From Leptospiraceae bacterium (GTDB lineage Bacteria; Spirochaetota; Leptospiria; Leptospirales; Leptonemataceae), in NCBI GenBank assembly GCA_040217195.1, contig JAVJNR010000007.1, positions 64,001 to 128,000 of the forward strand: a stretch of DNA of 64,000 bases, written 5' to 3'. Below, piece by piece: positions 20,217-30,571 of the stretch. The notes under the pieces are model-generated. The model saw only the letters and a list, made by a program, of their open reading frames with translations, had not been told where the DNA came from and made no database searches. Made by a program: the position numbers and the translations under genes. Numbering within the stretch: position 1 is the stretch's first letter; the number at the start of each line of letters is the position of its first letter.

Positions 20217-22064
20217 ATGAAATTTAGAAAAGCAATCGGAATGGATGCCTGTCTGATCCTTGTCCTAATGGCCGCTCTGTTACTACCGGCCACTGCATCC
20301 GCAAATCCTTACAGCCAGGGACGTCTTGCATTTGCCAGGGGCGACTTTGATTCTGCAATGAGGCTTCTGGAGCAATCCACGCGAAGCGATCCATCCAACG
20401 GAAATGCACATTTTTACATAGGACTTATCCACGAGCGAAAAGGCCGCAAAGGCCAGTCCATCCAGGCCTACAAGCAGGCCGTGGCTCGTCGCATGGATGC
20501 CGATCTAAGAGAAAAAGCGCTCTGGAAAATAGTGTTATATTCCAAATACATTGGAGACTGGGGTGCGGTGTCCATATACAGCGGACAGTTCCTGAAATAT
20601 AAACATCATCCAGAGATGGCCCGTCTCCAGTCCATGGCCGCCAACCAGGGAGGTTCATCCAGTGCAGAAATGGTACGATTGGTTCAAAAGGGACAAAGAG
20701 CTGAAAAAGTGGGAAACCTGGCAGAGGCTATTGGCTACTATGAGGAAGCCATCGATATAGAACCAGATGCGCATTCCGTGCGATGGAACCTTGCCTCTGT
20801 GGCCATGAAAGCGAATCAGTATTCCAGAGCTGTAAGCCATCTTCAATACCTGGATAAGAAGGATTCTCAATGGAAATACAGTTACAAACTGGGAGTTTGC
20901 TATTATCAGCTCGGTAGGTATCAGAATGCCCTTTCCTCTTTTGATCGAGCCACTGCGCAAAATAAAAGGCCGTCCGGCAGCTTTAGATATTTCATTCAAA
21001 TCGGCCGCGGGCTCACTTATCTGGAGCTGGAAGATGTGCCCCGAGCCGAGGAGCAGCTGGCCGGAGCTGCGAAAGTTAAGAATTCAGCTCTGGTGAAAGG
21101 CGCCCTTTCCAGGCTTGCCCTTATGAAAGGAGACCGTCCGGGAGCCATCAGCAATATGCAGGCCGCATTAAAAGAAGATGGCCAGCAGCTGGATGCACTA
21201 TCGGTAAAGGCTTTGCTAAGTTCGGATCCCGGAGATTACGAAAAATTCCAGGATCAGCTATATAGAAATACAGTCTATCAGCCGGCGTACTACAATTCGG
21301 TAACTTTGCAGTACGTACATGTTTTGATTGCGCGTTCGCGTTTTGATCGAGCCCGCACAGTTCTGGATTCTATCAGCAGCAAAGAACTGGAAAGCATCCA
21401 TGGAATGAAGTTTGATACCGCTGCTCAGTCCAACCGGGCCTTGATTTTTTCCACAACTCTGGCGCCGGCCCCTGGTCGCGGCAAAAATTCCAGGACTGAA
21501 TTGATTGAAGAAGAAATCCAGATGTTTCTGATTTTCGACAAATCCGATCGTGCGCGATCCGCCGTGGAAGCCTACAAAGATGAGCTTGCATTAAACAATC
21601 CGCAAAACACAGATTCACAGATTCAGCCGAAGCCCACAGAAGATCCTGAGTCTCCCGCCGGATGGCTGAGGCAGAATCCAGACCGATTTGAATCCGCCGC
21701 TCGCATTGAATTGCTGGATTACCTGCTGAAAAAGAAACAGCTGGCCAGGGCTCTGGAAATCGCCTCTTACTGGATTCCAAAGTCTGAGTCCTTCAAAGTT
21801 CAGGCCTCAGAACTAAATGAAGTGCAATCCCTGGTATCAAAGAATGAGAAATGGGCCAATCTATTCGGAAAAACCCTGGAGCCAGATCCGCAAGATTCGA
21901 ATCCAGGGTCGGACTCGGAACTTAAAGAAAATGATTCCACTGTGGATGGAAATAGCAACGAATCTACCGTAGACTTGCAGGAAGAGAATTCTATTCCCGA
22001 AAACTCCCAAATCGAGGAGGCCCCGGCGGAATCGGAAGAAATTCCAGAAACCCGGCCGCAGTAA
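20217..22064 (+). CDS. Secreted TPR-repeat protein
   Basis: Signal peptide (ASA|N), multiple TPR-like helices, acidic tail. Confidence 0.8.
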   Translation: MKFRKAIGMDACLILVLMAALLLPATASANPYSQGRLAFARGDFDSAMRLLEQSTRSDPSNGNAHFYIGLIHERKGRKGQSIQAYKQAVARRMDADLREKALWKIVLYSKYIGDWGAVSIYSGQFLKYKHHPEMARLQSMAANQGGSSSAEMVRLVQKGQRAEKVGNLAEAIGYYEEAIDIEPDAHSVRWNLASVAMKANQYSRAVSHLQYLDKKDSQWKYSYKLGVCYYQLGRYQNALSSFDRATAQNKRPSGSFRYFIQIGRGLTYLELEDVPRAEEQLAGAAKVKNSALVKGALSRLALMKGDRPGAISNMQAALKEDGQQLDALSVKALLSSDPGDYEKFQDQLYRNTVYQPAYYNSVTLQYVHVLIARSRFDRARTVLDSISSKELESIHGMKFDTAAQSNRALIFSTTLAPAPGRGKNSRTELIEEEIQMFLIFDKSDRARSAVEAYKDELALNNPQNTDSQIQPKPTEDPESPAGWLRQNPDRFESAARIELLDYLLKKKQLARALEIASYWIPKSESFKVQASELNEVQSLVSKNEKWANLFGKTLEPDPQDSNPGSDSELKENDSTVDGNSNESTVDLQEENSIPENSQIEEAPAESEEIPETRPQ

Positions 22065-22087
22065 AGGTTGCCCGAAAGAGGCAAGAA

Positions 22088-22912
22088 ATGTCCCGGCGCC
22101 CTGAACTTCTAGGAATTGTAAATATCACCGAAGACTCATTTTCGGATGGGGGCCGCTATCTGGAACGGTCCAGTTTAGAATCCCGGATCAAAGAGCTCTG
22201 CCAGAGTGGTTGCAAAATTCTGGATCTGGGAGCAGCAAGCAGCAATCCAGCTGCGAATCCAGTGGAACCGGCAGTCGAAATTCAACGACTGGAATTGGCA
22301 TTCAATATTATCGATACATTAAGAAACCGCGACGAAATACCGCAAAACGTTCAGGTTTCGGTGGATTCATTTAAATCAGAAGTTCAATCCTTCGCGTTGG
22401 AGCGAAACGTCGATTTTCTAAACGATATTACTGGATTTTCCGAATCATCCTTCTATCCCACTCTCCTGAACTCTAAGAGTCAGCTCATATTAATGCATTC
22501 CATCCAGGAAGGCATTGCCACAGACGTTAGAGTTTCTCCGGATTCCATTCTCGACCGAATTGCGACTTTCTTTCGAAAAAGGCTTACCCAATTGGAAAAC
22601 GCTGGCATTGCCAGAAGTCGCATTGTTCTGGATCCTGGCATGGGATTTTTCCTGGGTTCGGATCCGGAGTGTTCATATCGAGTGCTACGTAATCTGGGTT
22701 TTCTGCGAAAGGAGTTTGATCTTCCGTTGCTCATATCTGTATCCAGAAAGTCATTTCTGGGAGCTCTGGTGAACAAACCTCCTCTGGACCGGGCCGCCGC
22801 CACCCTTTCCTGTGAACTCTATCTGGCAGACCAGAAAGTAGAGTATATTCGCACTCACGATCCGGCGGCTTTGATGGATGCACTGATTATCCAGAATGCG
22901 CTGCGCAGTTAA
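22088..22912 (+). CDS. folP: Dihydropteroate synthase, Sul-like
   Basis: GIVNITEDSFSDGG, ASSNP, LNDI, LMHS, DPGMGFFLG, SVSRKSFL, IRTHD. Confidence 0.95.
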   Translation: MSRRPELLGIVNITEDSFSDGGRYLERSSLESRIKELCQSGCKILDLGAASSNPAANPVEPAVEIQRLELAFNIIDTLRNRDEIPQNVQVSVDSFKSEVQSFALERNVDFLNDITGFSESSFYPTLLNSKSQLILMHSIQEGIATDVRVSPDSILDRIATFFRKRLTQLENAGIARSRIVLDPGMGFFLGSDPECSYRVLRNLGFLRKEFDLPLLISVSRKSFLGALVNKPPLDRAAATLSCELYLADQKVEYIRTHDPAALMDALIIQNALRS

Positions 22913-23137
22913 TTTTCATTCCATCATTAAGGCCTTTGTTCTGCGATGCTGGACATGCACCTTTCCGGTAATTGTTTAAGGTTATTGCTATTAAAGTTGC
23001 GGATTCTGGAAACTATCAAGAAGCACGGCCGGGAAATCAGGGCAGGCCAGATTGCTTAGAGAGAATTCGTCTTCAGGGCTACCAAACTCTCTGGCGGAAT
23101 CTATTTCTGCGAGATTTCAAGTCCTGCCATCGGTTTT

Positions 23138-24295
23138 TTAATCAGAGCTTTCTGGTCCTGACAGAAGCTTCAGAAACTCCGGATTAAATTCTGCAAATGG
23201 ATCCCTTCGACGCATCATGTTTTCCACCGGGCTTCCAGGAGGAGAGTCTCGCAAAATGAATCCATGGTCTGTTTTTTCCAGAGAAACGAATCTGTAGTTG
23301 GAAATATCGCTGCTTCGCACAGTGTTTTCTTGATCCGTTCTATCTTCGGGATGCACTTCTTCATCATATTCGCCTAGAACATGAATTAAATCCAACCCGG
23401 GCCTTACAACGTGCAGCGATTGAAGCAGCGGTGCGAATTCAAGCTGGGCGGCCTTTTGAGTCCATTTCCGATTGGATGGCCTGTATAGATGCGAAACAGT
23501 CTTTTCTAGAGCAAGCAAGTCTGAAGATAAACCGGCTTCCTTTAATTCTTCCAGGCGATCCTCCCAGGCATCTTCGTCCATCTCCGGGATTTTGCCTGAT
23601 TCAATATTCTGACGGTGTTCATTCCAGATTTTAGCAGCTTTTTCCTGGATTTCTGTGGGTGCTCCAGTAAGGTCCATATTATAGAACACTCGACCAGCCC
23701 ATTCCGTCAGGGCGGTTCCTGTGTATGCACAATTTGCCAGAATCAGACGCTCCGGCTCAAAGATTCTCAGAGATTCCGTTTTCTGCAAGGCCATAACGGA
23801 AACCAGACAACCTTCGCCCACGGCCAGAACACTGGTAGGCGCTTCTGGCAAATTCTCGGATTCCCGAAAGCGCTTGAGTAGTACCAGAACATCCATCAAT
23901 GCCTGTACAGACCGCTCCGGATCAGTGAGGTCTATGCTTTCATCGCCACTTCCAGGAGGGCTGTATCGAATTACTGCAATATTTCGCTCAACCAGTCTTC
24001 GAGCAAAGCGAAGACCCGGCCTGGTTTGATTTCCCGGAGAGTTCCAGTCCCTGTCATAATCCCGGTCCGGTACGATTAGTATATAACCTCTGGTTTCCTG
24101 CGGAAGCATGACCTCTGCAGAAGTGATATGCGTATCGGTCGCATTTTTATCCGCATGATCCGACAAGTTAAATCGTCTAAATTCCGCAGAGCTAAAATCC
24201 AGGCCCTGAATTATTGTAGGCAAATATACAAATGTCCCAATACCAATCAGTAGTAGACCAATCAGCAAGAATGTAATTAGAATAATTCGCTTCAT
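23138..24295 (-). CDS. Membrane-anchored alpha/beta-hydrolase-like protein (degenerate nucleophile)
   Basis: N-terminal TM, DRDWN, AVIRY, AVGEG at the elbow, GEYDEEV, TDHGF. Confidence 0.55.
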   Translation of the reverse strand: MKRIILITFLLIGLLLIGIGTFVYLPTIIQGLDFSSAEFRRFNLSDHADKNATDTHITSAEVMLPQETRGYILIVPDRDYDRDWNSPGNQTRPGLRFARRLVERNIAVIRYSPPGSGDESIDLTDPERSVQALMDVLVLLKRFRESENLPEAPTSVLAVGEGCLVSVMALQKTESLRIFEPERLILANCAYTGTALTEWAGRVFYNMDLTGAPTEIQEKAAKIWNEHRQNIESGKIPEMDEDAWEDRLEELKEAGLSSDLLALEKTVSHLYRPSNRKWTQKAAQLEFAPLLQSLHVVRPGLDLIHVLGEYDEEVHPEDRTDQENTVRSSDISNYRFVSLEKTDHGFILRDSPPGSPVENMMRRRDPFAEFNPEFLKLLSGPESSD

Positions 24296-24390
24296 TAATT
24301 AATATCCCTTTGTGGATTCTAAGTAGCAGAACAGGCCAATGCTCGGCGTTGGAGAATTCTTTTTGCCCGGGATTAGCAATTCCATGGTCA

Positions 24391-25914
24391 TTAAAATACG
24401 AAATAGATAAACTGATGGCCAGATTGCGATAGAGCTGGAAGCATCCAGCCTCCCAGGACTATGCCAAGAATCAGGATTAACCAGAAATCGTAGCGTCTGA
24501 AACGTTGAAAATGAGCAGGCTTGTATTGCAACCAGTGAAAGAGGAACAATGCCAGAAACATAAATGCAATTGTTCCCATCTGTCCAATTTCCTGACTGCG
24601 AAATACCTCGGCACCAAACACTGACTCCAGGGTTTCTGCATCTCCCCCGGATTCTGAATAATGGTCTCTCAAATGATGGCTTCCGTGCATAAAAACGCCC
24701 GAAAGCATCTCGCCCATGATTTCGGTGGAGCTAACTTCCAGAGTCTTGTACTGCACCGGTTGCGCTCTAAACATTAGAGCTCCAATGGAAAACAGTACGA
24801 ACATGAAAAAGATCTTTATTATCTTGAGTGGTCCATTCTTTTCAGGAGTTGTTTTCCATCCCAGGACCTGCTCGATGAATCGCTCCAGAGCCAGAAGCAC
24901 TCCCCACATAGCACCCCAGGCAATGTAAGTGTAGTCCGCCCCATGCCATAGGCCGCCCAGAGTAAACGTAATGATCTGATTCACATAGGTGCGAGCGGCT
25001 GTGACTTTGCTACCGCCCAGTGGAAAATATATATAATCCCGTAACCAGGTAGCCAGAGTGATATGCCATCTTTGCCAGAGCTCCCTTGCACTGGCCGAAA
25101 AGAATGGGGCCCGGAAGTTCTCTGGAATGTCGTAGCCAAGTAACAGGGCCGAACCTCGAGCAATGTCCGTATAACCGGAAAAATCGCAATAGACCTGAAG
25201 AGAAAAACACATTCCGGCCAGCATGATGCTCCAGCCAGTGTAGAGCTCCGGAGCAGCATACACCGGGGCCACAATGGAGCCCATGGGATCAGCCAGAAGA
25301 ACTTTCTTGATCAATCCACCCAGAATTAGCCAGGAACCTCTGTAAATTCGGTCCTTGTCCACCCATGCCGTTTGAGGCAAAAAATCAGTGGAACGCATGA
25401 TCGGTCCGGCAATTAGCTGGGGAAAAAATAGAATAAAAAGGAAAAACCTGGAAAATCGAATCTCTTCAGTAATGACCCCTCTGTACACATCCACTACATA
25501 GGCCGTTAACTGAAACGTGTAGAAACTAATGGCCAGAGGCAAAAACAGATCCATGTTCTCCACGAAGGGAGGTAGATCCATTCCCATATCCCCGGCCACA
25601 CGAACGAAAAACCCGAAGTATTTGAAAACAGCGAGATTGATCAGATTGATGATCACGGTCAAAGCCATGATCAGCTTCCGTCGTGCATGATGGCGGAGCA
25701 TCCATTCCACCATGAAGTAATTCAAGACTACCAGGCCGATGAAATGCACGGTCCATCGAATGCCCCACCATCCCTCCCGGTTCAATCCCCAGGTGGCATA
25801 AAATAAAATGGAGCCAACAATTAGAACTCCCGGTCGATACCGGGATGGAAGGGTCCAGTAGATGAAGTATACTGCAGCAAAGAAAAGAAGGAATAGAAAT
25901 GAATTAAAGAGCAT
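24391..25914 (-). CDS. MBOAT O-acyltransferase (AlgI/DltB/PatA-like)
   Basis: LPLAISFYTFQ, FFPQLIAGPI, DFSGYTD, WQRWHITL, GLWHGA, C-terminal FIYF. Confidence 0.95.
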   Translation of the reverse strand: MLFNSFLFLLFFAAVYFIYWTLPSRYRPGVLIVGSILFYATWGLNREGWWGIRWTVHFIGLVVLNYFMVEWMLRHHARRKLIMALTVIINLINLAVFKYFGFFVRVAGDMGMDLPPFVENMDLFLPLAISFYTFQLTAYVVDVYRGVITEEIRFSRFFLFILFFPQLIAGPIMRSTDFLPQTAWVDKDRIYRGSWLILGGLIKKVLLADPMGSIVAPVYAAPELYTGWSIMLAGMCFSLQVYCDFSGYTDIARGSALLLGYDIPENFRAPFFSASARELWQRWHITLATWLRDYIYFPLGGSKVTAARTYVNQIITFTLGGLWHGADYTYIAWGAMWGVLLALERFIEQVLGWKTTPEKNGPLKIIKIFFMFVLFSIGALMFRAQPVQYKTLEVSSTEIMGEMLSGVFMHGSHHLRDHYSESGGDAETLESVFGAEVFRSQEIGQMGTIAFMFLALFLFHWLQYKPAHFQRFRRYDFWLILILGIVLGGWMLPALSQSGHQFIYFVF

Positions 25915-25958
25915 GCCGATTCGAACGAGTTCTGAAAGGAACTCTCAGTTGTGAACAA

Positions 25959-26975
25959 CTACGTCGGCTCTCCAACCTGAGCCTGAAGAACAGGAATGAA
26001 CTCGGCTATGGCGCTGTCAAGCGGCGAATCAACCGTGGCCCCGCAGGCATTCTTATGCCCACCACCACCATACTTCTGAACAGCCGCCAGTACATCCACA
26101 TCGGACCTGGACCTAACAGAAATCCTGGTTCTTTCCCGCTCCCGTTCCGTAAATAGAACGGCAACCTTGACTGATCCTGGTTCCAGAAGTTCATTTACCA
26201 GACCTTCCAGGTGATCGAATTCCAGACCAAGTTTTAGAACCTCATCTTTACGAATGGAAAAGAATGCTATGGTCTTTCCTTTGCTGAATCTCAGGTTCTG
26301 ATATAGTTTCTTCTTTAGCTCCAGACGCCCCAGAGGCTGACTGTTCAAGAGTCCTTCTGCAACCTTCTCCGGCCGAATCCCAGTTTCCAGAAGTCTGGCT
26401 GCAATTCGATGTGTATCCGGTGTAGTCTTTCCGTATCTGAAATGGCCTGTATCGGCAACAATGCCTGCATATAAGCCCAGGGCAATTTCTGGTGGAATCT
26501 CCTGGCCGGCCGCCTCATAGAATCGGTAAACCAGCTCGCAACTGGAAGCACAGTCCGGATCCTGAAATAGCCTCTCATAATCCGGAGATGCACCATCGTG
26601 ATGGTCAACGATTACCAGATTGGAATGATCCTGATTGAGCAGAAAACCCACATCTCCAATACGATCGGGATCAGAGTTATCCACACTGATCACTGTACGT
26701 CCCCGAAGCCGTTCTCGACCTTCCCTGGCATCCACCTGATCGAAGGTTTCGATCTTATGTCCTTCCAGAATGAAGCCCAGCTTTTCCGGTGCCTCATCGT
26801 GGTTTATGATTCTAGAATCAAAGCCCAGTTTTAGTAGTAGATAGTTGAGAGCTATTTCTGCCCCCAATCCGTCCGGGTCCGGGCCGCGGTGGGTAGTGAT
26901 AATAATGCCCAGACAGGACTTCATCCTGCGAAAAAAGGCCTCGGAAAGCCTGTCTAGTTGGGCGTTGGGCTGCAT
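25959..26975 (-). CDS. DHH/DHHA1 phosphoesterase (NrnA-like)
   Basis: H..PDPDG, VD, DHH, DTG, GGGHKNACG. Confidence 0.9.
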   Translation of the reverse strand: MQPNAQLDRLSEAFFRRMKSCLGIIITTHRGPDPDGLGAEIALNYLLLKLGFDSRIINHDEAPEKLGFILEGHKIETFDQVDAREGRERLRGRTVISVDNSDPDRIGDVGFLLNQDHSNLVIVDHHDGASPDYERLFQDPDCASSCELVYRFYEAAGQEIPPEIALGLYAGIVADTGHFRYGKTTPDTHRIAARLLETGIRPEKVAEGLLNSQPLGRLELKKKLYQNLRFSKGKTIAFFSIRKDEVLKLGLEFDHLEGLVNELLEPGSVKVAVLFTERERERTRISVRSRSDVDVLAAVQKYGGGGHKNACGATVDSPLDSAIAEFIPVLQAQVGEPT

Positions 26976-27027
26976 CTTTGCTGACCTTACAGGTATATAA
27001 CAAGATCGGCAAGTGATTTCCCAATGT

Positions 27028-28347
27028 TCAGGCTATGCTTTCTGCAAGTTCCAGGCGAGCCGCTTCCAGCAAGGCATCCCTTTCATTGTCCAGTTCACCG
27101 GATTTCACCCGATCCAGCAGCCCTTTGAGCAAATCTCCCATTCCAGGACCTGGAGCCATACCCATTTCCATCAGATCTTTTCCATCAATTTTCAGATCCC
27201 GAACCTTCAGCTCTTCTTCCTGCTTGCGGATCTCTTCAATGTGCCGGATCAAGTCTTTGATGGCTCGAGGCAATGCCTGTTTTTTCCCGGACCCTTTTCG
27301 ATCTGCCAGGCGCAACGCAATCAAATCCTCCAGCTGGGAAGGACTGACCTTCTGCATAAATCGGCGCACCGCTCGATCGCTCCATTCCGAGGTGTAATGG
27401 AACATATGGTTTCTGACCAGGAACTTGACTCTCTTTCCAAGGTTGGCATCAAAACCAAAGCGACGCATGATTTTTTCAGTAATGCGTGCACCCACCACCT
27501 CATGGTTATGGAAAGTAGCTTCGCCTCCCGGCTGCTCCCGGCGAGTATCGGATTTACCAATGTCATGAAGTAATGCTGCAAGACGCAGTTTTAGAATTGG
27601 CTCATCCACTGCATCACAGGCATAGATCAAATGATGAAAAATATCATGCTTATGATATCGATTCTGAGTCAGTCCTTTCCCCTTTGCAAGATCGGGCAAA
27701 AACCAATCCAGAGCATTCAATGAATCGAGAATTAAGAATCCATTAGAAGGTCGCGCTCCACATACAATCTTTTGGAAGCATTTGCGGATAAATTTTCTGG
27801 ATAGATTTTCTGCTTCCTCTTCGGACCAGGCAGTGGCCAGGTCCGCGCGAAACGCCGGATCCAGATCAAAATCTAAAAGTGAAGCTATTCCAGGGATTCG
27901 AAGTGTGTCTGATGTTTCAAAAGGTCCTTGAGACAGGGGACGCAACGTTCCAGAAAGATAGTCCGAACGAGCTTGATCCGGACCCACCCAGGAGTTGCCG
28001 TCAAAACGCAATAGATCTACGGTGAATTCAAAGTCTGAATCCTCCTGCAAAAATCGCAGATGAAAATCCTCTTTGCATTCTGGAAAAGATACAACCCATT
28101 TTCTTTCGGAGTCTGATTCTCCGCTTTCCAGAAATTCATCGATCTCAGACAGGGACACAGCAGACAGCGCCTCCCATTGACCGGGATTGAGACGAAATAC
28201 AGCTACAGGATTGTGGCTTCTAAAATACTTCAGACTTTCGCCAGACAGATTTGTGGAATCAAAGGGTAAATGAGAATAACGCTCCATCCAATCCAGCAGA
28301 TAGGATGGCGGATAATAATCTGCATGATCTGAAACAAAAGGTGTCAT
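27028..28347 (-). CDS. HD-domain protein related to CCA-adding/poly(A) polymerase, degenerate N-terminus
   Basis: QNRYHKHDIFHH, LLHDIGK, FHNHE..GA, HM, AD, C-terminal IDGKDLM..G..PGP..G. Start ATG 28347. Confidence 0.8.
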   Translation of the reverse strand: MTPFVSDHADYYPPSYLLDWMERYSHLPFDSTNLSGESLKYFRSHNPVAVFRLNPGQWEALSAVSLSEIDEFLESGESDSERKWVVSFPECKEDFHLRFLQEDSDFEFTVDLLRFDGNSWVGPDQARSDYLSGTLRPLSQGPFETSDTLRIPGIASLLDFDLDPAFRADLATAWSEEEAENLSRKFIRKCFQKIVCGARPSNGFLILDSLNALDWFLPDLAKGKGLTQNRYHKHDIFHHLIYACDAVDEPILKLRLAALLHDIGKSDTRREQPGGEATFHNHEVVGARITEKIMRRFGFDANLGKRVKFLVRNHMFHYTSEWSDRAVRRFMQKVSPSQLEDLIALRLADRKGSGKKQALPRAIKDLIRHIEEIRKQEEELKVRDLKIDGKDLMEMGMAPGPGMGDLLKGLLDRVKSGELDNERDALLEAARLELAESIA

Positions 28348-28530
28348 GGTTCTTTCCTTCCAGGATCTCAGGCTACAGCACATATCCGGAAAATGTCTGT
28401 GGGGCTACCAGCTTCCGGACTTTGGAAGTTGGGTGGTTAAGAGCCGCCCGGAGAAATCTAGTTCGAATTACAGGGAGCTTGTCAGTTCAAAAAAGGGTGC
28501 CTGGTGCAAAAGAAAAAAAAATCTGGAGTA

Positions 28531-28983
28531 ATGTCGGTTCAGGAAAAGAAAATATTGTCCAGCATCCCATTAAAAAGGTTGCCCTATTCCATTCAACAAA
28601 AGGTGTCCTGGTCTGACCTGGATGCATTTGCCCATGTGAATCATACCAAATATCCAGTGTATTTCGAAAATGCTCGTACAGAATTCTTCAGTGAAAGGGA
28701 TGTCTGGAACACTCAGCAGATCGCGCCTACCGGTCCTGTGGTTCATGAATTGGCGGTACAGTTTCGAAGCCAGGTTCGTTTTCCGGCCACTCTTGAGGTC
28801 ACCATAGGAATCAGCAAACTGGGAAGCCGAAAGTTTGAAATGATATGCACAATGTGGAATGAAAACGATTGCGTCTGCACAGCCCATGGAGAATTTCTGT
28901 GGATTCATTTCGAAAGAGGAATTCCAGTGCGGCTGCCGGCCCGGCTAATTGATGCTCTGAAACCCTTCGCTGTGGATTTTTAA
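28531..28983 (+). CDS. Acyl-CoA thioesterase (4HBT/YbgC hotdog fold)
   Basis: WSDLDAFAHVNHTKY..FENAR. Confidence 0.88.
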   Translation: MSVQEKKILSSIPLKRLPYSIQQKVSWSDLDAFAHVNHTKYPVYFENARTEFFSERDVWNTQQIAPTGPVVHELAVQFRSQVRFPATLEVTIGISKLGSRKFEMICTMWNENDCVCTAHGEFLWIHFERGIPVRLPARLIDALKPFAVDF

Positions 28984-29009
28984 TTCCAGGCCTTTTTCCA
29001 GGAAGACTC

Positions 29010-30407
29010 ATGCACCATTACAAAGTTCTAATTCATTATCGATTTCGCAGCGTACTGTTTGTAGGTCTCTGTTTGATTCAGACAGCAGGATGCGATGTAT
29101 GGGGCGGGCCATCCTACACAGTAATCGTAGATCCGGGCCATGGCGGGGCTCCAACAGCGGGCTACGATGACAAATGGGATCCAGTAACTGAGAAATATCT
29201 AAGCCCCTATCTGTACGGAATGCGGTACGGCAAATACGAAGAGCATAAAGTGATGCTGGACCTGGCCCGCAGGGTTCATTACTATCTTCAACTAACGGAA
29301 AGCGAAAAAGGCTGGGAGGAGTTTCAGGGAATTCTCAGACAGTTTTCCGACCAGAAAGAGTTCACGAGAGTGCGATTCCAATCCGTGATGAGCCGCGAAG
29401 AAGGCTGGGAAAAACAGGGTCTGGGAGCAGGACATCCGGATGTGAATGAACCATTCAGGCTCTATGATTTTCCGGATCGAAAAGTCAAAAGCAAAATCAT
29501 TCCCGGCCGTTTATCGTACATCAATTCTCAGAAACCCTATCTGGTGGTTTCTTTACATATGAATCCGGCCGGACCCGGTAATGAAGGCGGCATGGCTGCC
29601 GTTCTGGCTCCGGGCTACAGTACATTTGATCAGCTTCGCAGGATTCATTTGAATAACGAAGATGAGGCACGGTTCGAAGCTCTTCCCTGGTCTGACTACT
29701 GGCTCATCAACCAGGCTGGATGGAATCGAATGGAAATTGCCATCGCAGATACCTGGGTCTATTTCCATGGCTTCTGGGTTAAGAAGAATATGAAAGAACC
29801 ATGGATGGAAAAGAATCGCGGCTTACGCCATAACATGATTCAGTGGAGATACAGAGATCCAAAAGGATGGGTGGAGAAAGCCAGAAAAGGCGGCCCGGGA
29901 CCTTATTCAATGAAATATTCCCAGTTTCGCGCAGAAGGGCCTTTCTGGGATAGAGAAAAAGCGATGCCAGAACACTGGAGAAGAGAAGCCACTGTGCCTG
30001 GAACCTCCATAAAATTCGGAGGGGACAATCACTACGCTTCGAATGAATTGATGCGATTCGTACAGTTTGGTTCCAGAAAGTTGGATGATCGTCTTAACCG
30101 GGAAGGGAAAAAGGCCATTCCAGAAATCGTAGATCCATTTGTGAGTACATACAGCCTTCCCACTCTGGTGAATGCAATCGTTGCCTACCTGGAAATCGGG
30201 CATCTGGACGTTAAGAAGGACCGTCTCTTTATTTTAAACAATAAAGATATAATCGCTCGAAGTCTGGCCGTAGGAGTCTATTCCCTGTTCGCAGGTCTGG
30301 AACTCAAGCCTTACGATGGACCATTCAAACCGGCCAGCAAGCCATTGAACTTCAAGAAATACGAAGAATACGAAAAAGGGAACTATTTCAAACTGGTAAC
30401 CGAGTAA
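29010..30407 (+). CDS. N-acetylmuramoyl-L-alanine amidase (Amidase_3), probable lipoprotein
   Basis: VIVDPGHGG, E, VSLHMN, YLEIG zinc/catalytic motifs with large insertions; TAGC lipobox-like. Confidence 0.75.
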   Translation: MHHYKVLIHYRFRSVLFVGLCLIQTAGCDVWGGPSYTVIVDPGHGGAPTAGYDDKWDPVTEKYLSPYLYGMRYGKYEEHKVMLDLARRVHYYLQLTESEKGWEEFQGILRQFSDQKEFTRVRFQSVMSREEGWEKQGLGAGHPDVNEPFRLYDFPDRKVKSKIIPGRLSYINSQKPYLVVSLHMNPAGPGNEGGMAAVLAPGYSTFDQLRRIHLNNEDEARFEALPWSDYWLINQAGWNRMEIAIADTWVYFHGFWVKKNMKEPWMEKNRGLRHNMIQWRYRDPKGWVEKARKGGPGPYSMKYSQFRAEGPFWDREKAMPEHWRREATVPGTSIKFGGDNHYASNELMRFVQFGSRKLDDRLNREGKKAIPEIVDPFVSTYSLPTLVNAIVAYLEIGHLDVKKDRLFILNNKDIIARSLAVGVYSLFAGLELKPYDGPFKPASKPLNFKKYEEYEKGNYFKLVTE

Positions 30408-30571
30408 AGGGAATGCCCGGATTTGCTTTACCCTGGATTGCAGTCTACGAAGTGCATTTTGATTGAAAGCGGCAACCTTTCAGGATTGGAATACAAATAT
30501 TGTAGCCCGGGGCCCTTCAGGTTATTTCAATTCTTTATCGAAGGCCCGAGGTTCGATCTGGAATTATACCT

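Noticed and set aside
22088..22912. Acquired mobile sul resistance cassette
   Set aside because: No integrase, IS, attC or qacE nearby; it sits among chromosomal genes.
28400..28480. tRNA-like element (hairpins plus GTTCGAAT)
   Set aside because: No acceptor stem or cloverleaf can be built; probably promoter-region hairpins between divergent genes.
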